Source: an uncultured Rickettsiales bacterium
GTDB taxonomy: Bacteria > Pseudomonadota > Alphaproteobacteria > Rickettsiales > CAZNNM01
Assembly (NCBI GenBank): GCA_964574415.1
Contig: CAZNNM010000002.1
Span: 311,141-375,140, forward strand
Direction: 5' to 3'
DNA length: 64,000 nt
Part shown: piece after piece, positions 57,822 to 64,000 of the stretch
Layout: each line of letters begins with the position of its first letter
Position numbering within the stretch: position 1 is the stretch's first letter
Notes under the pieces: model-generated
Told to the model about the DNA's origin: nothing
Seen by the model: only the letters and a program-made list of their open reading frames with translations
The model's database searches: none
Position numbers and translations under genes: made by a program

Positions 57822-58744
57822 CCAAAGACAAACAGATCAACGCATTACCGGATGGAGGCATTGCCATCGGTTTTGATAGTGACATGGTTACGCTCCGCAT
57901 CGACCAGATCGTGCCGATCAAGGTGGTGGCCAACACGCTGCAAAAAAGCTCTAAATATAAGCAGATTCTGTCCTCCATCCGTGAAGTGGGCGTGATCGAA
58001 CCGCCCGTTGTGGTACCGGAAGGAAAATCCAAGGAACGCTTCATTCTGCTTGATGGCCACATGCGTATCGAGGCGCTGAAGGAGCTGGGCAGCGATGAAG
58101 TAGTCTGTCTGATTTCCTCTGACGATGAAGCCTTCACCTATAACAAGCACGTCAACCGCATTTCTCCCATTCAGGAGCACCGTATGATCCGGCGTGCCGT
58201 TGAGCGTGGTGTGCCGGAGGAGAAGATCGCTAAGGCACTCTGTCTTGATGTGAAAAGCATTGTGATGAAGCGCAAATTACTGGACGGCATTTGCCCAGAA
58301 GCCTCTGAGATGCTGAAAGACAAGATGGTGGCCAACGGCGTGTTCCCGATTCTCAAACGCATGAAAGCCTACCGTCAGATTGATGCCATCACCCTGATGA
58401 ACGATACCGGCACTTATTCCGTGTCATACGCCAAGGCATTACTCGCGGCTACGCCCAAAGATCAGCTAGTAGAGCCAGATAAACCAAAGCGGATTAAGGG
58501 GCTGGACGCGGAACAGATGGCACGCATGGAGAGCGAAATGGCCAGTCTCCAGCGTGAATACAGATTGATCGAAGAAAACTACGGAACAGATGTGCTGAAT
58601 CTGACGCTTGCCAAAGGTTATCTTGGGTCGTTGCTCGGTAATGCGCGTGTGGTGCGTTACCTTGCCCAGCATCATCCGGAAATGCTCTCCGAGTTTCAAA
58701 AGATCACCGAGATTACGTCGCTGGATGGTGGCAAGGCGGCGTAG
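57818..58744 (+). CDS. ParB/Srx N-terminal domain protein with RepB-type C-terminus (copy 2)
   Basis: VGVIEPPVV, LLDGHMRIEAL, TYNKHVNRI; ATGA overlap. Confidence 0.85.
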   Translation: MTKDKQINALPDGGIAIGFDSDMVTLRIDQIVPIKVVANTLQKSSKYKQILSSIREVGVIEPPVVVPEGKSKERFILLDGHMRIEALKELGSDEVVCLISSDDEAFTYNKHVNRISPIQEHRMIRRAVERGVPEEKIAKALCLDVKSIVMKRKLLDGICPEASEMLKDKMVANGVFPILKRMKAYRQIDAITLMNDTGTYSVSYAKALLAATPKDQLVEPDKPKRIKGLDAEQMARMESEMASLQREYRLIEENYGTDVLNLTLAKGYLGSLLGNARVVRYLAQHHPEMLSEFQKITEITSLDGGKAA

Positions 58745-58839
58745 CTGAAGCAGGAATGTGTGGGCGGGCTGGACGCTGGAATCACATTTAACGGGGACCG
58801 GGACCCATAAGCGCCGGGACCGCAGGAGAAGCCGTTCGG

Positions 58840-58942
58840 GGATGTGCTCCGGTCATGGAGCGAGTGCGGTGGTGGGAATGACGGCGAACCCGTTCACAGC
58901 CCACTAGGTCGGCTTGAGTTTTCGCTGACCGTTTACGCATCC
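58840..58942 (+). ncRNA. Candidate structured RNA (multi-stem junction)
   Basis: Hand-folded stems: 58840-45/58937-42, 58846-50/58857-61, 58870-76/58900-06 with inner 58880-84/58890-94, and 58907-13/58924-30; strand and expression unproven. Confidence 0.4.
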
Positions 58943-58992
58943 ACACCGGCATGATTGGTAGCTTCAGGCCATGATGCCGGTGTGCTTAATTT
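58942..58992 (+). terminator. Long hairpin at the GC-rich/AT-rich boundary
   Basis: CACACCGGCAT / ATGCCGGTGTG 11-bp stem, then CTTAATTTT. Confidence 0.55.
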
Positions 58993-59074
58993 TAAGCTTA
59001 TAAGAAGTGTATACAAAACAACTTAGGTCACTATAATCAGCACTTTAACATGGAACAATTTGCTGGATATAAAA

Positions 59075-60244
59075 ATGAGCCTTGAAGAATTGCTCAAGCG
59101 TAGCCTTGAGGAAGAAGAAGTTTCTACAGTTAGCAATGCATTTGGAGGCGCAAAAGCGTCTGGGAACACCAAAAGCTATTCTGTCGCAAGAATACGTGAC
59201 TTACTAATCTATAACGCCCAAGATCATAATTGTGAATTTGCTGAAATTATAAAAAGATGCCAGGCTATTTTGCCAGCAAAGCTTTTCAGAAGCTCCATAG
59301 GAAATTTGATACGGTTTTCTTTTCTTATTGAACTGACCAACTTAACGGTAGGGTCTACAAAAATGAAAACCAGATGGCTACCCGGACTTATCTTGATGCC
59401 TCAGGATGGATCATTTGAACCAATCCAAGGCTCATTTGAGCCAGGTAACGATCCTAGGTCCTCTTCCTTTGAAGACTGTTTAGCGGTTTTTGTAAACTGC
59501 ATAAGAATATTATTGGAAAAAGTTTCTTCTGATCAATCACTTGTGACAAAGCTTGAGCAATTATCCGCTACTACGAGTTTTCCCTATGAGTTTGTATTTG
59601 ATTATGTCGACACAGCTTTATTTCCTATTCATGTAAAATCAAACGTATCCTGGGTGTTTAATGAAGACATAGAGTGGCTTCTATCGGCACGACCAATTAT
59701 CTGGCCTTGCTTAACAAAGCAACAAAAAGACAAAATTCAGACAAAAACTTACAAAACTGATAGGGCCTTAACTGGCAAAGACAAAACTAATCGTGCCAAA
59801 AGGTGGGAAGTATTATCAGCAGACTTCCAGCACGCTTCATTGACCCAGTGCTGGAGTGTTGAAAGAAAGCTTCTTGGTGAATTAGTTGGATTTGAAGGCT
59901 TTCCACAAGATACAAAGCAGCTATTAATTCAGAATGGCGTGCAAACTGAATTTGCAATAAGCCGATGTCCGGTTACCTTAGAGCCACTACAATTCTCTGT
60001 GCTCCTAAATCCTGCTGTTCACGGGAGATCTGATTATCAAGTCGGCCACTTACACCCGCTGAAAAAAGGTGGAAGGCATGATGGTGAAAATGTTTGTTGG
60101 CAATCTTGCGATGGAAACCGTATTCAAGGAGACTTGATGATAGAAGAGATAGTCGAACTCTTAGATAAGATTATGCAACGAAAGATAGAGCTTGGAGGCT
60201 CTCATATTGCCATTGTTAATCAAGAAGTGGCAAAAGACGGCTGA
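59075..60244 (+). CDS. Putative HNH (beta-beta-alpha-Me) restriction endonuclease
   Basis: C-terminal CPVT...GHLHPLKKGGRHDGENVCWQSCDGN; directly upstream of an N6 methyltransferase. Confidence 0.7.
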   Translation: MSLEELLKRSLEEEEVSTVSNAFGGAKASGNTKSYSVARIRDLLIYNAQDHNCEFAEIIKRCQAILPAKLFRSSIGNLIRFSFLIELTNLTVGSTKMKTRWLPGLILMPQDGSFEPIQGSFEPGNDPRSSSFEDCLAVFVNCIRILLEKVSSDQSLVTKLEQLSATTSFPYEFVFDYVDTALFPIHVKSNVSWVFNEDIEWLLSARPIIWPCLTKQQKDKIQTKTYKTDRALTGKDKTNRAKRWEVLSADFQHASLTQCWSVERKLLGELVGFEGFPQDTKQLLIQNGVQTEFAISRCPVTLEPLQFSVLLNPAVHGRSDYQVGHLHPLKKGGRHDGENVCWQSCDGNRIQGDLMIEEIVELLDKIMQRKIELGGSHIAIVNQEVAKDG

Positions 60245-60360
60245 AATTTTGTTATCAATCTTAAAAAGACAAACTTCTGCTGGAATCTTCTAAAAAAACA
60301 GTTTATGTTTTTGATGAAATGAAAAACATAAACTGAAATTTGCAAATCGAGAGGCATGCT

Positions 60361-62313
60361 ATGAAAGGGGTTCAGCTAGATTTATCCACAGATGTTGAAA
60401 TGCATGAGGTTTACCGAAGAATAAGAAATTATCTTGCAGGTAGAGTTATTGGCATAACTAGAGATAAAGCGTTGCTCCATGAAGTAGTCAAATGCCTTTT
60501 CTGCAAAATAGAATTATCGGAAAACTTCGCACAAGGACTCTCGGGAAGCGATGAAGAGAACGCAAAAACTTATCGCAAATCATTTTCTAATCTTAAAGAA
60601 AGACTTCCTCATATCTTCGGTGAAGACGAAGAAATTTTACTAGATCCTATTTCTATTAGCTACGTTGATAGAGAGTTATCGTTACTAAATCTTTCTGACC
60701 CGCAAAAAGACCCTCTCGGTGAACTGTACCAGGCATTTATTGGTTCTGATATGCGTATGGCGGAAGGTCAGTTTTTTACCCCCCATCCAGCTATAGCATG
60801 GCTTGTTGAAGCAATAGATTTAAAGCCCGGTGAGAAAGTAATAGACCCTGCTTGCGGACCAGGAGGTTTTCTCAGCTATGCAGCAAGATTTTTATTACGT
60901 AGCGGTGTTGATAGAAAAAGTGTTAGCGCAAATTTATTTGGCATTGAAAAAGATGAGTATCTTTCGCAACTAGCTAATGCTCACATAGCGATGGCTACCT
61001 TAGAAAAGGCGAATATTTTTTGTGCCGATTCAATAGAGAAAAAAGATAATAAAGGAAATCGCCTCAGTTTAGATATGGAGGGGCAATTTGATGTTGTGTT
61101 GGCAAATCCGCCTTTTGGAGCGAAAATAAAAACGGGTTCCGAGGAGGTTAGAAAAACTTTTGACCTGGCTTATAAATGGAAATTAGATAAGAAAACAGGT
61201 AGAATTCTCAAGACTGATATTTTGCAAACAAATACACCACCTCAAATTTTATTTATTGAACTCTGCCTTAAGCTTCTCAAGCCAGGTGGCAGAATGGGAA
61301 TCGTTGTTCCCGAAAGCATGATATCAAACTCTTCAACCAGTTATGTAGTTCAGTATATTCGTGATAATGCTCAAATATCAGCTGTATGCGGCATGCCAGA
61401 GTCCTTATTCAAAACAAGTGGCAAAGGTGGAACTCATACTAAAACATGCCTATTGATTGCAACTAAATCATCCAAAAAGAAAGGCACAAATAATTCCGTA
61501 TTTATGGCTGAAGCTCAGTGGTGTGGGCATGATAGTAGAGGAAATAAAATCCCCAATAATGATTTGCCGATTACGTTGAAAAATTACAAGCAGCGCAAAG
61601 AAAGTGATAAGTCATACAGCCATACAGGTTATATGGTCGCACAGGATGATATTCGAGAGAATATTTTAGCCCCAAGATATTATAATCCAGAGCCAATCGA
61701 GAATATGCGCTTATTGTCAGAAACACATGATATTATCTCTATTGAAGAATTAGTACGAGATGGCGTTATCTCTTTTTCAACAGGTGATGAAGTGGGTAAA
61801 TTGGCCTACGGAACGGGGCCAATTCCTTTTGTAAGGACTTCGGATATTTCTAATTGGGAGGTAAAGCTAGACCCAAAACATGGAGTTTCCGAGGAAATCT
61901 ACTCGTCCTTATCGAAAAGACAGGATGTTCGGGAAGGTGACTTGCTAATGGTTCGTGATGGAACCTATTTAATAGGCGCTTGTGCATATATATCAAAGTA
62001 TGATGAGAAAATGGTATATCAGAGCCATCTTTATAAAATTCGTATACACAAAAAAGAGGTTCTTTCTCCATTTCTACTACTAGCCCTTTTGTCATGTGAG
62101 CCAGTTTTAATGCAAATTAAGGCGAAGCGATTTACTCAAGACATTATTGATACACTCGGGAAACGAGTTAATGAGTTGCTTTTACCTATCCCCAAATCAT
62201 CAACACATAAGAAACAAATTGAAGATATGGTAAAAACCTCCGTAGAGGACAGAATAGAGGCTCGTGAATTGGCTCGTTCTGCAAAGACTTTGATTCTATC
62301 AAAGGCTGCTTAG
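60361..62313 (+). CDS. N6-adenine DNA methyltransferase (HsdM-like) fused to a single HsdS-like target-recognition domain
   Basis: GQFFTP, IDPACGPGGFL, NPPFG, then IPFVRTSDI...GDLLMVRDG...LLLPIP TRD pattern. Confidence 0.88.
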   Translation: MKGVQLDLSTDVEMHEVYRRIRNYLAGRVIGITRDKALLHEVVKCLFCKIELSENFAQGLSGSDEENAKTYRKSFSNLKERLPHIFGEDEEILLDPISISYVDRELSLLNLSDPQKDPLGELYQAFIGSDMRMAEGQFFTPHPAIAWLVEAIDLKPGEKVIDPACGPGGFLSYAARFLLRSGVDRKSVSANLFGIEKDEYLSQLANAHIAMATLEKANIFCADSIEKKDNKGNRLSLDMEGQFDVVLANPPFGAKIKTGSEEVRKTFDLAYKWKLDKKTGRILKTDILQTNTPPQILFIELCLKLLKPGGRMGIVVPESMISNSSTSYVVQYIRDNAQISAVCGMPESLFKTSGKGGTHTKTCLLIATKSSKKKGTNNSVFMAEAQWCGHDSRGNKIPNNDLPITLKNYKQRKESDKSYSHTGYMVAQDDIRENILAPRYYNPEPIENMRLLSETHDIISIEELVRDGVISFSTGDEVGKLAYGTGPIPFVRTSDISNWEVKLDPKHGVSEEIYSSLSKRQDVREGDLLMVRDGTYLIGACAYISKYDEKMVYQSHLYKIRIHKKEVLSPFLLLALLSCEPVLMQIKAKRFTQDIIDTLGKRVNELLLPIPKSSTHKKQIEDMVKTSVEDRIEARELARSAKTLILSKAA

Positions 62314-62756
62314 TTGGTTAAATCATAGATTTTAGCCTCAGCCTCTCGCCGCTGCACCAACCCTCGCAGCTTCCGGCCACCGGCCCAGACCCAGCGCATG
62401 AACTCGGCTGGGACTTCCTCATGCTCCTCTCGATTGACCTTGCGGCGCAGGGTTGATCGCTGCAGTGCGCCGGAGCCGAGATTGAAGGTGAATGACACCA
62501 ACGCATCAAACTGGCCGTCTGTGAGTGGCACTTTGATCAGTCGCAGGACAGCATGCTCTGCGATGCCAACGTCTTTGATCAGCAACGCCTCGCCAGCCGC
62601 CTCGGAAATGCCGCCTGCGAACATCTCGGCCTCGCCCGGACGCAGCAAGTGGCCATATCCAATGGTGGGCAGTCCGGCGGCATCCAGATAGATTTCCGGC
62701 TCAAAGCCTTCAAACCGCTTGATGAGATCAATGCCTTGTTTGGTGATCTGGCGCAT
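62310..62756 (-). CDS. Phage lysozyme (GH24 endolysin)
   Basis: FEG...YLDAAGLPTIGYGH, QFDALVSFTFNLG, GLVQRREAE. Confidence 0.93.
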   Translation of the reverse strand: MRQITKQGIDLIKRFEGFEPEIYLDAAGLPTIGYGHLLRPGEAEMFAGGISEAAGEALLIKDVGIAEHAVLRLIKVPLTDGQFDALVSFTFNLGSGALQRSTLRRKVNREEHEEVPAEFMRWVWAGGRKLRGLVQRREAEAKIYDLTN

Positions 62757-62757
62757 G

Positions 62758-63183
62758 TCATCGCCCCTGACGCAGTTTGCTCATGGCGCGTTGGCCAAAA
62801 TAGAAGGAGATAATGCCTGCAAAGATCGCCTGATCTTCTGCTGTCCAGAGCAGCCAAGGCAGATCGGCAGAAAACTGCATTATCTTTACCACGGCATAAA
62901 GAATGAAAAAGCTGTAGGCGATGACAGGGCGCACAGTGCCGATCAGTGCGTCCACCCATTTGATGCCGGTGTGATAAGTTTTGTAGAGTGCTCGGCTTTC
63001 GGCAATATCGGCCTGCACGTTAATTTCTTCGAGGCGGTTCGTGTGACCTTGGCGTTGTTGTTCCATCTGCATTTGCAGGATCGCCAGCTCATGCTTCCGG
63101 TCAGCCGCATCGCGCCATATTTTCAGCAGATCTGGAAACGCCGAGCTGATAAACCCCAGTAATGCTCCAATTAATGTGATCAT
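62758..63183 (-). CDS. Phage membrane protein, holin-like
   Basis: Hydrophobic N-terminus plus two C-terminal TMs (VRPVIAY..., ISFYFGQR); directly upstream of the lysozyme. Confidence 0.6.
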   Translation of the reverse strand: MITLIGALLGFISSAFPDLLKIWRDAADRKHELAILQMQMEQQRQGHTNRLEEINVQADIAESRALYKTYHTGIKWVDALIGTVRPVIAYSFFILYAVVKIMQFSADLPWLLWTAEDQAIFAGIISFYFGQRAMSKLRQGR

Positions 63184-63184
63184 A

Positions 63185-63433
63185 TCAGCCTCCCTGCATG
63201 ATGGTTTTTATGCCCTGCCACAGCGCCACCAGCGCTCCGGTAAGCGCGGCGGTAATGGCTGAGCGTTTAATCCACTTGATGACTTCATCCGACCCGGTGC
63301 GGGATTTGCGCAGGTAGATCATGTCGGCCTGCATGGCATTGGGATCGTTGGTATCCACGCCGTATTTGGTCAAAGCATCCTCGATGCCCTCACGCACTGC
63401 TGTGCGGATCGCTTTTTTAAGTTCTTCATCCAT
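63185..63433 (-). CDS. Small phage membrane protein with C-terminal TM
   Basis: 82 aa, hydrophobic AITAALTGALVALW; tightly packed in the lysis region. Confidence 0.6.
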   Translation of the reverse strand: MDEELKKAIRTAVREGIEDALTKYGVDTNDPNAMQADMIYLRKSRTGSDEVIKWIKRSAITAALTGALVALWQGIKTIMQGG

Positions 63434-63440
63434 GACAACC

Positions 63441-64000
63441 TCACCAATTCCATGGGCCGTGTGGCTTGAGATACTGGACGTTCAGGCGCACCACGCCGGT
63501 GCTGAAAGAACCACTGTCCGGTGTGAGGAGCAGTGGCGTGTCGCTGTAATAGGTCACCGGGTGGTAGCTCATACCGATATTGGTGGAATCCTGAGCCTTA
63601 CCGATACCGTTGCCGTAGCGGGAGGTGTCACCCGATACGCCCACACCGAACGTGGTCACGGTGCCGGTGATGGCGGTGATCACCCGCGTATTGACGGCAA
63701 TCACGCTGGAACGGTCAGGAATATTGGTGGTCGTGCTGGTGTCGGTGCTTAAATCGACATCCTCCTGCCAGCTCTGCACACGCAGATACTCGCCGCTATC
63801 CTTCATGATCAGGCCAAACGGCACCCAAGCAGAGCCGTCATAGGCCATGCGGGTTCCAAGTGCCTCGACCACTGCATCCATCCATTTGAACGGCGCGTAA
63901 AAAACCCAGCCGCCGGCGAGGTATTGCGCTAGCTCATTCGCATGGCTTGTAAAATCACCGGTGGGACTGGTGCCAACGATATAGATATCTCCCAAGGTCG
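63441..64000 (-). CDS. DUF2793-like phage tail-associated protein (5'-partial)
   Basis: GDIYIVGTSPTGDF...GGWVFYAP pattern; frame open to the window edge. Confidence 0.7.
   Translation of the reverse strand, partial: TLGDIYIVGTSPTGDFTSHANELAQYLAGGWVFYAPFKWMDAVVEALGTRMAYDGSAWVPFGLIMKDSGEYLRVQSWQEDVDLSTDTSTTTNIPDRSSVIAVNTRVITAITGTVTTFGVGVSGDTSRYGNGIGKAQDSTNIGMSYHPVTYYSDTPLLLTPDSGSFSTGVVRLNVQYLKPHGPWNW

Larger units (their letters stand above)
53101..64000. mobile_element. Integrated element 2: prophage or prophage-like island, continues beyond the window
   Basis: 45-bp tRNA att, adjacent tyrosine integrase, lysozyme, holin-like and DUF2793 genes at the right edge. Confidence 0.8.

Noticed and set aside
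58788-58940. 50-codon minus-strand ORF (MRKRSAKTQADLVGCERVRRHSHH...)
   Set aside because: No SD, low-complexity Arg/His/Pro content, and it coincides with the stem-rich element; kept only as a weak alternative explanation.
62318-63843. Plus-strand and alternative-frame ORFs over the lysis region
   Set aside because: They overlap a coherent, tightly packed minus-strand phage gene set and show no motifs.
45577-64000. Retron, DGR, toxin-antitoxin or CBASS systems in the islands
   Set aside because: No reverse transcriptase, template/variable repeat pair, nucleotidyltransferase or small TA gene pair recognised.

Overview
Alphaproteobacterial chromosome window, plausibly a Rickettsiales-like lineage (inference from gene content and repeat types). 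Bases 1-45.5 kb are housekeeping genes: hflKC, degP, rpe, an NtrC/TacA-like regulator, ubiX, purE/purK, comM, bioF/B/A, cstA, the prfB-ldcA-hemC-hemD-mic60-hemY run, dut, Rrf2-cysK-moeB, trxA, secA and rluA. Their intergenic spaces hold at least three families of palindromic repeats, often nested or chimeric, plus a 99-bp MITE with an 8-bp target-site duplication. Bases 45.6-64 kb are two elements integrated in tandem at the 3' end of an initiator tRNA-Met on the minus strand; only partial tRNA copies are in the window. Element 1 (about 7.5 kb, 22-bp direct repeats, P4-type integrase) is a decaying defence island with an intact RloC-like SMC-ATPase/HEPN gene, a 37-codon OLD-family remnant and a C-terminally truncated MmeI-like enzyme. 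Element 2 (45-bp att, second integrase, runs off the window) is a prophage end. Between its integrase and its lysis/tail genes it carries a divergent double-HTH gene, a translationally coupled serine recombinase-ParB-ParB operon followed by a compact multi-stem candidate RNA, and an HNH nuclease plus a fused HsdM-HsdS-like methyltransferase. The best candidates for undescribed biology are the recombinase/ParB/ParB/RNA module, the HNH + M-S system, and repeats that appear to recombine at their hairpin loops. All calls come from motif recognition by eye; no database searches were run.
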